The notes: generated from the sequence alone by a model not told the origin. Positions 38,270 to 52,530 are shown, counted from the first letter of the whole stretch. The stretch: 63,869 nucleotides of DNA, filler included, from Octopus bimaculoides (GCF_001194135.2; 5 parts of 5 records of this genome joined end to end with filler, not necessarily neighbours in it), one strand, 5' to 3'. Program-made: numbers and translations.

Positions 38270-38520
38270 GTTTTTCGAAGCCACTAATTGTTTTGTGTAT
38301 TCCTGATGACATGTTGTGCAGTGTCACAAGTATCCTTCCTTTTTGGCGCAGGGTTGCAGAGTTTGGATTTGCTAGAACAGCATCGTGCAACTTGTTCTTC
38401 TTGAAGAGAGAAGTTGTATGACCTCGGCCAATTCATAAGACCAGTCGGTAGTGCGACGTGTAGTTGTCTCAAGGGTTGCCTTGGCAGTGTGTTATAGAAC
38501 ATTGAGGGACGAGTCTCAGA
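38270..38520 (-). mobile_element. Possible decayed RTE LINE fragment (endonuclease-RT linker)
   Basis: SLFKKNKLHDAVLANPNSATLRQK resembles the RTE linker region (EKNRLHKAYL.DP.S); weak. Confidence 0.35.
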
Positions 38521-39480
38521 GTTTGTTCAAAGGATTTAGATCCTGGAGAGTTGAAAGACAAAATCCACACACACATAATTACAATTTAGAACAGGAAAAT
38601 ACACAAATACCTCATGGCAGTTTGTATTGTAGGTTTGGGTCTGAATTGCCAGCTCAATGAATTAGTGTTGAAGTGGTTGAGTATTCCAGAGACAGGTAAC
38701 ATTAACGTAATTTTCTGACAGAATCATCGTGATACAGTGTGTGACAGGGCTGTACCTTTCAATATAAGTTACATTCCATCCAATGAACTTCTCCGCAATT
38801 TCCTTTTACCTAATTTCATCTTCTTGGGTCAACTTAGTTCAATAGAAGAAGCTACTTTCCCAAGATGACATGTAATGTGATGAAACCCGGGGCCTCGTAA
38901 TTGCGAAGCGAACTTCTTAAATATTGCGTCCATATATAGCGCACTATCATTATAGGTCATACTTGATTCTGTATTCCTCGGTTTTTATGAATATTCTCTC
39001 GTCTATACAATAATATTCAGCAACATATGACCGATAATATGTTTTATCCTATATATCATATTGTCAACAACTAATAGTACGTCATCTGCATAGTAATATT
39101 GAATAATATAAAAGCAGTAATAAACAAGATACTGTAGTTGTTTTCTGTGAAAATGTAGTCATCTGCTTAGAGCAAGAAGAATATACAATTCAAGTTCTAG
39201 TTTACGATATTGAAAATTTGTGATAATGACGAAAGCGAAAAATGAAAATTGTAGCTGAGGAAACTGTAAAACCAGAATTAGAATTCTTGCCTACAAGTCA
39301 TTGAATATTTCAGCGAAGTAGCAAGTATTTCTTCATTCAACCATATGTCGTCCTAATTTCCCCAGGACTTGGGAGAGAAGCAAGGGAAGTCGGTTAATCT
39401 AATTTAATAGTTAGACCTTATTGAAGACTGTAGAAATTTGTCACTGAGAGAAAGAGAGAATGTGTGTATGTGGGTGCGTG

Positions 39481-39525
<45 letters not shown>

Positions 39526-39652
39526 CGCGCGTGTGCGTGTGGATGTGTAAGAAAGAAGGCGAGAGTATGTGAGTCTGTGCGAGAGAAAGAGAGAAAGCAA
39601 GGAAAAGACAGAAAGTGCGCGAAAAAAGTGTATAATTAATCTGCGTGCGTAT

Positions 39653-39732
<80 letters not shown>

Positions 39733-40447
39733 GTGTGTGGGGGGTGCCAACTTTATTGTTACCACTTACTAGTTAAATGTCTTTATTTCACTCTGCCAAT
39801 TTCCTCCACTTGCCTACATTCTACTCTCTGGTGACTGATTAATAATTTTACTTCGGTTTAAATGGGTTCTCTTTACATCCTTTACTTAACAGAATACGAT
39901 TAGTTTTGGTTAAATAATACTGAACAGAGTTGGCAGACTAGTGACGGGAAGATTAGATTTGTAATTAATCACCGTTAGCGGTTGAGATGGCTAAAATTTC
40001 TTGGTGAAATAATAGTGAGTAGAATTGGTAGAGCAGTGGCTGGTCAGTGTAGATAAGATTAAATTTATCAACCTCAGATGATAAAGAGTGGAAGAATCAC
40101 TATAATGTTCGAAGAAACGTCCTATAACTATTTACTTGCATGCCTTTATATACTGTGTTCAAATTCTGCGTATCGATAATAGTGGTGCAATTAATTCTAT
40201 ATAATTGACTGAAGCTCCTTGCTTGTACATCTGTGGCTCTCAGTGTGCCTACCTTAATAACCACAGCAATAATAATAATAATAATAATAGTAATAATAAT
40301 AATGATAATAATAATTGTTAAAAATTTTGGCAGAGGCCAGCAATTTTGATTAAAGTGCATTAGTCAATTATGTGAAGTTGATTTTGGTGAAATAGGAAAT
40401 AGCGCAAGGCATCTATCTGAAACACTACTAATTTTTCCTGCATTTAA

Positions 40448-41229
40448 CCTTCGTCGGGTCGAAATGGATCATTTTGACTCATGAAGGTACATTTTCGTTC
40501 TGATTTTTGCGCCGTTTGTCGAAATTGTCTATCCTTTCCTCTAGTTGCCTCTCTGAGAGGTAAAATTAGTGGTAAATTGGAAAAATTTTTTCTGTCACTT
40601 GTTCTCCAGTGAGCTACTATTTATGTATCTGTTATTTTGACTCATTTAGACTCTGAATGTTAGATTATTTTACTTTTACTTTTTACTTTCTCAGGTTCAA
40701 AAATGACATCACAACGTGTGCTAGAATTGCTGGAAAGTGATTCAGATTTTTCTTTGAGAATGAGTTCAGTGATTCTGAATCCGAAGAAGAATTGATTGAG
40801 GAAGTTGATCTTGACTCCAAGTCAGAATAAAAGTTATCAAGTTCTGATGAGAATAGTGAAAGTGTCCTACGTTCTTGGAAAAGGTGTCCTGCCCTGCGTG
40901 CAAAGTCAGGATTTGAGTTTTCGTGTCAATGTGCGGCTTGGAGCCCAAAACATTGTAACAGGAAAACCGAGTCCGATTGGCGGTGCAAGGAGTCCGTGTG
41001 TCTGGAGCAAGGCGTAGCAGCACATTTTGTTTTGTCAGCAGTGTCCATACCATTTTTAATGCCATTGTAGAATGTCACTACTGAAAGTTTCTGTTTGTGT
41101 CCAGTTCATTTGACAAGGAAAAGAACAATGAATGTCATTTGATGCACATTAAAATAAAAAAAAAGGCCACGGGTCAAAATGACCCATTTCGACCCTTAAT
41201 GTATGAAAAAGATTTCGACCCGTTAAAGA
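40448..41229 (+). mobile_element. Internally deleted piggyBac element
   Basis: TTAA at 40444-40447 and 41230-41233. TIR ccttcgtcgggtcgaaatggatcattttgactc versus gggtcaaaatgacccatttcgaccc. Acidic N-terminus MTSQRVLELLESDSD... and Cys-rich C-terminus SCQCAAWSPKHCNRKTESDWRCKESVCLEQ; DDD core absent. Confidence 0.8.
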
Positions 41230-41764
41230 TTAATAAGAGTAATAATTATGACAACGATGATGAAGATAATGAGGATTTCTTTTATTGGTCACAAGGCCTC
41301 AAGACATTGGAGACAGTACAAGGACGAAAAATATCAAAGAAACCAGAGACAAGAGAGAAATGACATATAATAAAGTGTTAAGATGAACAATAGCAATAAA
41401 GACAATAAATATATCAAGAATAAAAGTAATAATCATATTAATAATCCTCATCATAATATAAGTTCCAGTTGAAAACTGGGGTCGATGTAATCGATTTCTT
41501 CCCTCCCGAAATTACTGGCCTTGTGCCAAAATTTGAAATCAACATTAATATTTCTCTTTACTATAGGCAGAACACCTTAAATTTTGGGGGAGGGGAATAC
41601 TCGATTACATCGACCCCAGTACTTGACTCGTACTTATTTCATTGACCTTCAAAGGATGAAAGGCAAGGTTGACCTCCACAGAATTTGAACTTAGAACGTA
41701 CAGTCGGACGAAATGTCGCTAAGCATTTTACCCCAAATTGCAGGTAAAATGTATCCCTGTACTC

Positions 41765-41890
41765 ATATCCCTGTACTAAAGATTTGAACAAATGGATAGA
41801 GGAAATAAGCCTAAAACCTAGTTTAGTGCAGCTCCAGAAAACAGTGATATTATGAACAGCTAAGATACTTAGGAAGATACTTGGCATTTA
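41765..41890 (+). mobile_element. 3' end of an R4/Dong-like LINE
   Basis: KDLNKWIEEISLKPSLVQLQKTVIL*TAKILRKILGI* is a typical RLE-LINE terminus. Confidence 0.65.
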
Positions 41891-42469
41891 AAGTTAGACG
41901 TTAGGAATTTTTCTTTCCAATAGTCTGATCTGTTGTGTCTAAACGAAATAACAATAACAACGAACCTAATGTACTGGAATGCAGACAACAAGAAATAAAA
42001 ACAACCCAATACATGTGGAGTAATACAGAAAAATTTCATGAAATTTTTATTTTCAAAAGAGGTTTGTTTCTACTCTTATGTATGTGAGTATGTATGTACA
42101 GGATATCCGGTCATAACATACATAAAAAAAAAACTTTGTTGCTACAGTCAAATCACAAGCGCATGCGCACACACATACACATATTACGAGTAACTAAAAG
42201 GTGTCTCATTAGTGTATCCATTGTCTGTTTTCCTGACCTGGTCTTTTATTATAGTAATCTTTTCTATCATTGATAGGTTGCAATGGGTCACCGTATTGTG
42301 TACGGAACAGTGAGGAAGCGGCTACAGATCATGGTTTAACCTCAAATAACAGGTAAGTCAATTGGAACTTTATAAACTAACAATAGATATGATCAGCATG
42401 ATAATTAATGTTATATAGTCAATTGATTATTGAAATATTGAACAAAGTAAATTTTACCATGGAAGGGAC

Positions 42470-42548
<79 letters not shown>

Positions 42549-43488
42549 AATAAGCAGGCATATACGTCTGTATATTTATGTATGTACATAATATGCACAC
42601 ATATACACACACGCATATACATACATATATACATATATACATATATACATACACACATACATACACCTGATGGCGCATTGTGTCTTTGAGTAAGACACTT
42701 CATATGTCTACTCAGTTGAAATACATACTGGTTGAATACTCTTTCCCAGCCGTCATATCCTGGATGTTCCGCTTGGCCAAGGATAGGAGGGCGTGAAGCT
42801 GTCGATATCTTTTTGTATCTAAATAGCCACTTCACCAAATAAAATACATTTTGACAAGTTATGTGTCATGTCTTTCATGGTGTATTGATTTGAATTTTAT
42901 CAAATCTAAGACAAGAGAAAGCGAGATAAGAGAGAGCACTAAGTTCTACTCCAGTTCTTGTGGCAGCACTAGCTATTACCTGTACAAGATAGATAGATAT
43001 TCTCTGGAACAAAGTCAAAACTATTTCCAACGACGGTGATAGATACTAGGCATTAGTTTTTAAATTCCTTCTAATAGATATGACGGAACTAATTATGAAT
43101 ATTATAATTATGAATGGAAGCTTGCTAACATTCATGCTAAACAGATTTATATTTCATGTGCAAAACTTATCTATTGAGAATTTCTCAGGTGTGAGGTAGT
43201 TGTGCAGATACTTATAAACAGAGATAGGCAAATGCTTTAACTCTTTTATTGCTTTCAGTTATTGGATTGCGGCCATACTGGGGCTACTCTTCAAGATTTT
43301 CCAACCCATNNNNNNNNNNNNNNNNNNNNNNNNNNNNNNNNNNNNNNNNNNNNNNNNNNNNNNNNNNNNNNNNNNNNNNNNNNNNNNNNNNNNNNNNNNN
43401 NNNNNNNNNNNNNNNNNNNNNNNNNNNNNNNNNNNNNNNNNNNNNNNNNNNNNNNNNNNNNNNNNNNNNNNNNNNNNNNNNNNNNNNN

Positions 43489-43522
<34 letters not shown>

Positions 43523-45145
43523 TCATGATTCGCCTCTACAGAGTTTCTGCCTAGAAAGTCGCACACGTTATTGGCCAACCCGAAGATTACACTAGAATAT
43601 CGTACATGAAAGCATGTTCCTATGATGCAAAATTTTAAATCACATACCATGTACCCATGATTAATAGTTAACGAACTGTGAAACGTATCAGGGCAATTTC
43701 TTTTAGTCCGAAGAGAATAACAAAATGCATTCTTAAACAAAATGTATCTTTTTCGATGAAAGAGAATATTAGCAACAAATTACGACGAAAATAAAACAAG
43801 GCAAAGCAACACAAAATAAATTGTTTGGATTAAGTCTTCAGACAAATAACGGAGAGTAGAAGGATACGTGTACTTGCTAGAGACGATATGAACACACACA
43901 CACACGCGCGCGCGCGCGCACACACACACACATACACACACACATATGCATGCATATGTATATATATACATATCTAAAGTAATGAACTGAGGAAAAGAAA
44001 TTCTTCAAAGGGGTGTGTTAAACGTCCTATTCACTGGTACATCGGTTGGATATCATATAAATATTGGTATAATTCATTTATAAAGATAAATTAAATATAG
44101 AGATTTACTATTGACAAGTGAATAATTTATTTATTTTACAATATTACATTAATTAATATGAATATAATTTATTATATTATATAACAAAATAATTATAAAA
44201 ACCATAAATTGTTTCGACTTATACATATATTTTCTGATATACATAATCACAGTTCCATTATATATAGTCACTTTAGGGTCACAATTTGTTGGCCTTTTAT
44301 GTTTTTTATAATTATTTATGTTATATAATATTATATTATGTTATATTATATTCATAGTAATTAATGTAATATTGCAATATAAATAAATTATCGGATTGTT
44401 AATTTTATATCTCTATATTGATTTATCTTTATATATATATATATATATTATATTATATATATAATTATAATATATATATATATATATATATAATTATCAA
44501 TAAATTTCAGGGTAGCAAAAAAAAATTTTGAAATTCTTTTTGCTACCAATGGTCTAGCGAGAAGAAAAACTAGTCAATAGATTATATATTATTCATAAAA
44601 ATACATACAGTGTACATTTAAACACTTAAGAGATGTCCATGATACGACATCTAACCCGCTAGAAGGAGCAGTCAAACTCCTTATGAATAATATATAGTCT
44701 GTTGACTAGTTTTTCTTCTCGCTAGACCGTTGGTAGCAAAAAGAATTTCTAAATTTTTTTGCTATCTGAAATTTATTAATAATGACATAATGACGTTTTG
44801 GTTAATTTCTGGAAGAAAATCGGCATTTTTTATATTTGCTGCCGATAAGAAAACCGCATATACGCGTTAGATATGAAAAATTATAACATATAAGCACGAG
44901 GGATGTTCTATATATTTCCTCGTGTTTATATGTTGATCTTGACTTTCCTGCTGATGATAGCTGGCCTAACAAATTATTTTATTTTGCTGAAAATAGCTTT
45001 AAACCATGGTACAGGAAATAGATGGTAAATGTTTTTATCTTTCATTCCCTTCCGAAATTATCTCTATCTGTGGTTTGGAGTTTGACTGCTCCTTCTAGCG
45101 GGTTAGATGTCCTATTATGGACATCTCTTATGTGTTTAATGTACA

Positions 45146-45179
<34 letters not shown>

Positions 45180-45656
45180 CAAAATGCATTCTTAAACAAA
45201 ATACGTCTTTTTCGATGAAACGAAATATTAGTAAATTACGATGAAAATAAGAAAAGCTAAAGCAAATATATATACAGCTTAAAGAGAAATTATAGTATAT
45301 TAATATAAATTTCAACCATCTCCCGACAATCTCCACCTTCCGAAAAACTTCGCAATATTAATAAGCACATAGCTAGTACATTATCTAACGCAAAATCTTT
45401 ATTAGCGCAGTTTAGTATGACCANNNNNNNNNNNNNNNNNNNNNNNNNNNNNNNNNNNNNNNNNNNNTTAATTAATTAANNNNNNNNNNNNNNNNNNNNN
45501 NNNNNNNNNNNNNNNNNNNNNNNACTAATCTTTTCTACTATAGGTACATGGCCTAAAATTTTGGAGAAGGGGGCCAGTCGATTACATCGACTCCAATAGG
45601 CAGGAGCTATGCATGCAAAGCTCCAGGAGTTCCTACAAAACTTGTGATAAAATAGA

Positions 45657-45732
<76 letters not shown>

Positions 45733-46393
45733 TTGTTTTAGCTTCAAAGTTGTTTTAATTGCATCAGTCTGATTATGTGATTGCTCCTTTATTTTGTGAA
45801 GCCTAAAATTAAAATTGACCTCGGTCGTATTTGAAATTCCAAAAGAAATACGCCAGGGAACAAATACGATGAAGTATCTCATCCGAAACTCTTGCTATTG
45901 TACTAAGCCACTGCTATGATAATTATAAGTTTTGACGGAAGATGTCTCTTTGTTGTTGATTTCTTGTTAACGATAATTTGTGTATTGTAGGCGAAACGCA
46001 ACTTCTTTTTAATTTGCTATAACTTGGAAGACTGTAAAATTTATCTCTCTTACTGTGAGAGATAAAATATAAAAATTACCCGTCATGCGATGCTGTCTCT
46101 GGAACATTGTTATGAAATGACATACATCAGCCTAAAACTGTGAATAGAAAGTTTCACGTTGGCAAAACACAAATAACACATCCATAATATCACACGCATT
46201 GGAGGAATAATACATAAAAGTCTAGCTAGAACGATAATTAGTGTGTTCTTTCTCTTGGATTAGGTAAAAAAAATAAAATGCACGCTGATGTTAGACAATT
46301 ATCTACCATAAATTAACCGATTTTTCAGAAATGTCTGTGAGACAACCTGAAGCATAACTTCAAAGATAGAATAGAAATACAAGAAGAATAGCA

Positions 46394-46428
<35 letters not shown>

Positions 46429-46587
46429 AGCAACAACAATAAATCATTATTACTATCTTTTTTTTGCTATTATCACAATCATCGTCGTCGTCTTCGTCCT
46501 CATTATTATAATTTTGTATTATTATTATTATTATTATTATTATCATCATCATCATCCTCCTCCTCCTCCTCCTCATCATCATCATAT

Positions 46588-46655
<68 letters not shown>

Positions 46656-47069
46656 GTCGCTGTTGTTCTTGTTGCAATTGTTGTTGTTATGGGCGAACTG
46701 GCAAAATCGTTAGCACATTTAGCGCTATTTCGTCCATCTTTACGCTGAAATTCCACTGGCGTTCACTTTGCATTTCATCCTTTCGTGGTCGATAAAATAA
46801 GTAGCAGTCGGACCGCACTGTGGTCGATCTAATCGATTTACCCTTCCCCGAAATTTGCTGGCCTTGTGCCAAAATTTGAAACCATTATTATTATTATTAT
46901 TGGTTGAAATTTCACAGCTTATTTTGCTGGGTATGCCCGGAAGTGCCAGCTGTTCACAGCAAGCAGACTACGGTGACACTTGTTTACAAGTCATGCTTTA
47001 AGAACTCCGCTGAGAATTCCTGCAGGTCCAAGCAATTCTGTTTTTTTGTAGGTGTTCTATCATTACATT

Positions 47070-47930
47070 TGTACCCATCTCTTTGAGTCATGTTGGTAGG
47101 TGAGTGTTGATACTTCCAAGTGCACCAGTTACTATTGGTATCACGCCTACTCTCCTCATTGACCACAACCTTCGTATTTCCCACTTCAAAATAGTCGTAG
47201 TTGTTCAGTTTTTCTTCTTTCTCTTTGATCCTGCTGTCACCAGGACATGCAGTGTCGTTTATCACTAAAGTTCTTACTTTTTTTATTCACCAATGAATTG
47301 TCTGGTTTCCGATGCCTGGTCAGGTGATCGAACTGAATCATTGTATCCCACACAAGTTTGTAATCTTCCTTGGCTGTGACTCATTTCGCGGTTTGCTCCT
47401 ACCACATCTTTGCTTTTGTAGGCTATGATTTCCACAGAGCTCTCAAGGAAACAGTCTTGCCATATTATTATGTCGTCTTTTGTAATCGCATTGTGACAAT
47501 TTCGGGCGATGTACCTTGGTGTCAGCTTTTCACTACCAGTGAACTAAGTTAACAGCCCTTATTTTTCAAGCACTATCCAGAGTATTCGAGTGGTTCCAAG
47601 CAGGGCTGTTTTCTGCAAGTGCCACACTATTATTGCATATTCTATGTACAGTTCTCAGGGCTCCGACAATTGGTATTATTATCACCTTTTTCAGCGACTA
47701 CAACTGCTTAACCTCCCAAGCTAACCTCTTATATCTTTCGACATTTCTTTCTTCCATATCGCATACCTTGTAAGCTGGGTATGCTATATCTATGATCCAG
47801 CATCCTTTGCTTTCTTTCTCAATTAACACTGTCTGGTTTCCTATTCTCTATCTCATGGTCGTACTGAATCATACAATTCCATAGGATCTTTGCTTTATCA
47901 TTTTCGATTATGTATGCCTTCAGGTTTATG
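47070..47930 (-). mobile_element. Two tandem decayed R4/Dong-like LINE C-terminal (RLE) fragments
   Basis: IENDKAKILWN..IQYDHEIENRKPD.VLIEKESKGCWIIDIAYP...VIIIPIVGAL...LQKTALLGT (47550-47930) and HRKPD...INDTACPGDSRIKEKEEKL (47070-47320). Confidence 0.8.
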
Positions 47931-47976
47931 TTTGTACCACTTTTACATTATTATTATTATTATTATTATTATTATC

Positions 47977-48039
<63 letters not shown>

Positions 48040-50069
48040 TTCTTTTTTAGATTTCGTCACTAGGCACATTTGTATTGAGGACGCAGCCTATTATATGATG
48101 TATAGAATGTGTTAAGAATTTGGTATATATAAAAAATTGGTTACTATGTAAGTAGAGCTAAATGCAAATAATAAGTTAATAGTAATCAATATTGTAATTG
48201 TTCCAGACATATTTTATACTTATAATATTCTCAACTGGTAGCCAAATGCATCGGGTTGTCTAGAATATAATAAAACAAAAAGCATGAAATATAATGAATA
48301 ATAATAAATTTAGAATACAACAGTCGAAATGGCATACAAAGTATATATTTATCGCGTAAGTATAAAGGGCATAAGGCTTAATGCAACCAGCATTCTCGTA
48401 TAATATATATCCCCTGTAGGGGTTCAAAATATATCTGGTAAAGTATAATGAAAAGCTTATAGAAATTGCTACAAAAGACAAAAACAAAAAGGTTTCCTTT
48501 CTTCCATGAAGCCAACAAATATAAAGCAGAAACTGAATTGACAGCCAGCAGGGAGGAGAAAGAATGAACAACAATAGAGCTTTTAGAAAAGCTAATAACT
48601 AAGCTACAGATGTGGCTACAGAATGCCTTGATAAAGCAAGTAACACTATAAATGGCCATTATATGACAATACTAAATAGACTTGAAATACACGAACGAAA
48701 AATTGCAATATAGGCAGATAAACGTTGGTCTCAAATGCTGGGAGTGAAGGAATTTTGACTGTGGCACACGTTCAAAGGTTTCTTAACAGAAAGTGAAAAA
48801 AAAAAATTAAATAATACAAACGGGAAAGAAAAACACTAAGCTCATATTTAGTAAACGTAGAAAATATGAAAACAGGGAAGAAACAATTAACCATATTTTA
48901 TCTTGCTGTCGTTGTAAAATAAGGCACAACACGCACACACGCATACACACATGAACATGCGTACACATATACACACGTACATATACGCCTCAGTAGTTCT
49001 TAAACACAGGACGAGCACTCAATGAGGACATAGAATCAGAATTAATCATATATGTGTACGGGTGTTGTGTCCATAAATATGTATGTATATGTTAAACTAC
49101 ACTTATGTGTATATGTATATGTATGGCTATATATAAGCGTATATATAATATATAATATATGTATATACATATTTGTTATGTATACATACGTATATATACA
49201 TACACACACACACATATATACACACCCTACATTTACAAGTATACATTCGCATAAACACACTCACATACGCACGCACATAATCTCCCAATTGCTAAGGCTA
49301 TTTGCACGATATTATGCAAATACTATGAAGATTTCTGTACTTAGTGAAAACAATAATAATTAAAAAAAAAACATATATAGAAAATAAAATGCAACGCACT
49401 TTTACCAAATTCTTAAAAGTATAAAAGTATGGTTCCCTTGGTGATAGAGTTACTTCATTTGCCATTTTTCATTCTTTCTTTTCTTTTTTTTTCTTGTCTA
49501 AGCCGCGGTTGTAATGAGTGTTTTGGTTGTTGCGCACCTTTACCATTCTTTAAATTACATATTATTTTTGTACTTATTCCTCGTATGTTACTGATCTGTT
49601 CTCAAAACAATTTCTAGCACAATANNNNNNNNNNNNNNNNNNNNNNNNNNNNNNNNNNNNNNNNNNNNNNNNNNNNNNNNNNNNNNNNNNNNNNNNNNNN
49701 NNNNNNNNNNNNNNNNNNNNNNNNNNNNNNNNNNNNNNNNNNNNNNNNNNNNNNNNNNNNNNNNNNNNNNNNNNNNNNNNNNNNNNNNNNNNNNNNNNNN
49801 NNNNNNNNNNNNNNNNNNNNNNNNNNNNNNNNNNNNNNNNNNNNNNNNNNNNNNNNNNNNNNNNNNNNNNNNNNNNNNNNNNNNNNNNNNNNNNNNNNNN
49901 NNNNNNNNNNNNNNNNNNNNNNNNNNNNNNNNNNNNNNNNNNNNNNNNNNNNNNNGTGGTGGTTGTAGTGCTAGGTGTAGTTGCTGCAGGTGTAGAAGAA
50001 CAACGAAAAGCGGAACAAAAAAGAGAGAATGTAAATACTAATGATAATAATAATAACAACAACAACAAC

Positions 50070-50132
<63 letters not shown>

Positions 50133-50833
50133 CTGAAGAATATTATGAAGAATAATATATTATTAATATTAATAACGATGATAAGAGATGCACATTCTCG
50201 AGCTATGAATAATAAACGTTAATGATATAAATAGAAATATTAATAATACTAATAGTACTGCCACTATCATAAACTGCAATATTAATAGGTGTCATAAATG
50301 GTAGATATGATGCATATGGTATTTTTACGGTTTTTTGTTTTGGATCTTCATTTTTTTTTAATGGGGGATGTTTGTGTTTGTGTTGGTGTAAGTGGTGGAA
50401 TAAAACCAGAAATAGAATTTGTTTGGTAAACAAAAAAAATGGGTTGAAAGGTGAGGTCACAAGCAGGAAACTACATAAGTATCTAGAGAATCATTTCAAA
50501 AGATGAATATAGACTATCTGAAAGCATCTCTTTTCCATACAGCATGTATTTCGAAGGACATTAATACATATATAGAACGCATGTGAGTAAATATGTATGT
50601 ATATATATATATGTATGTGTGAATGTGTTATTGCTGTTTGTGTGCGTGCTAATATGCGTATATAATAATGTATAATCAGAATTTACATAGATGAACCAGC
50701 ACAAATATAGAGTAATACACGCATCCATGCATGTATATACATACTCGTGCACTCCATCATGCGTTTATATGAAGAGCAGGATGTAGCTATACGTATAGAT
50801 ATGAAATAAGTACATGCATATTCATATACATAT

Positions 50834-50874
<41 letters not shown>

Positions 50875-51153
50875 TATGTACATGGCTGTGTATATATTTA
50901 TGTATAAATATTTATGTGTCCATGTGTGTGCGCGCGTGTGAATTTCTGTTGTGTATAAAAGCGTATGTAACGGCATATGCGTGTGAGAGATTATCGCGTG
51001 TCAGTGAGCGAGCATGCACTTGCAAGCCAGTAGGTAAGCTTGAATGCAAATGATAAAGATCACGTTATATAATCGTGAATGCTTACTAGATACAGATTTC
51101 TAGCGTATGCACACATTCACACATGCATACAAAAGAATATTCATCCATACAAA

Positions 51154-51187
<34 letters not shown>

Positions 51188-52530
51188 NNNNNNNNNNTAT
51201 ATATATACACACACACACATATATATTTACATATATTTATGTGTACACATTTATGAACGCAGGCACAAACATCTGAGATATATGCACATGCATCTTTAAT
51301 GCTCATGTGTTAGACGCATGCATACGTATGCACATTTCTGCCTAATTATATTATCTACACATGCGTGTCCACCTTGGATTATATATACGGCATGAAGCCA
51401 ACTTCAAAGAAAATATAGAGATATTTAGGCTTGCATGTCCATTCCCAATATTTATATTATGCTACCATTATAACTCTAAAACCTATAGAGTTTTATCACC
51501 CTTGCTAATCCAACAGAATGGCGGAAGAATTTCTTTCTTGCTTTGAATGAAGTCCCTTTTTATTCTGATTTCGGTCCATTATGACAAAAATTCTACCGGT
51601 GCCAATACAATACGTTGTAGTCAAGATTCATAGTGTAGTCTATATAATATATTATATTCCCCGCTTCTCGATATGTCCAGCATTGTGTTTACTAGAAGCC
51701 ATTGTTTGAAGGTTAAAGAATAGACACATTATTCCAGGAAGTCATTTCTGGAAGCATACTTCGATTGTTGATGCTTACTATTTCACTTTATTTAGACAAT
51801 AAGTAGTCTTGTATCTATTGTCTTTAACTACGTTTTACAACTTGAGATGCTAATTCCAATTGACTGTATGATGTGTCCGTGTGCAGTTAGCTTAATTTCA
51901 AATATCTTAATAATATCTACTTAACAGCATTTGACTGTGAGTTTGTTAGTCATGTTATTCATGTTGCTACTCCTTCTACACCCTATCTTCAATTCTGATT
52001 GAGAAAATTAAACGATTAAACACAGTTCTTCCGTTAACATTATGTGTCATTGAACACCTGTAATTATGTTCTTCAATGTGTCATTAGTTGTGTAAGATTA
52101 TAGGGTCTGACTTAAAGACACTTGGCCGGTATGTCTAGAAATTTTGAATCTCCCATTTAGTTCAATCGACGGAGAAAATAATCTTTCATATGTTAAAATT
52201 TATAAAACTCAAAAAATGCGTAGACCTCCAGTTGCGTTCTCTGCTGATTTTGGAAATTCTAGAAACCACTACTATAAAATACTGATGAATACTTAATTAA
52301 AACCTACGTAGAGGTTCTGATAACTGGTTAAATGATTGCCCTGTCATTACTCATTATAGCAGCTATTCCCGTCTGTCACATTGGCCGTGAATTTCTCCTC
52401 ATATCATGAAATAGTAAATATTACTATCATACCATCACCATTTACTAAATATAAAATAACTTTGTTTAATGGCAAAATTAATAAAGAAACATTGATCTTA
52501 AAAGGGGCAAAAATTTAAAGATAACCAACA

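Noticed and set aside
421-52300. Other CTGATGA matches (minus strand 421, 13818, 18285; plus strand 38304, 40846, 52284) and GAAACATATC at about 53915
   Set aside because: They lack a paired stem II, a correctly placed GAAA, or the cleavage triplet with stem I.
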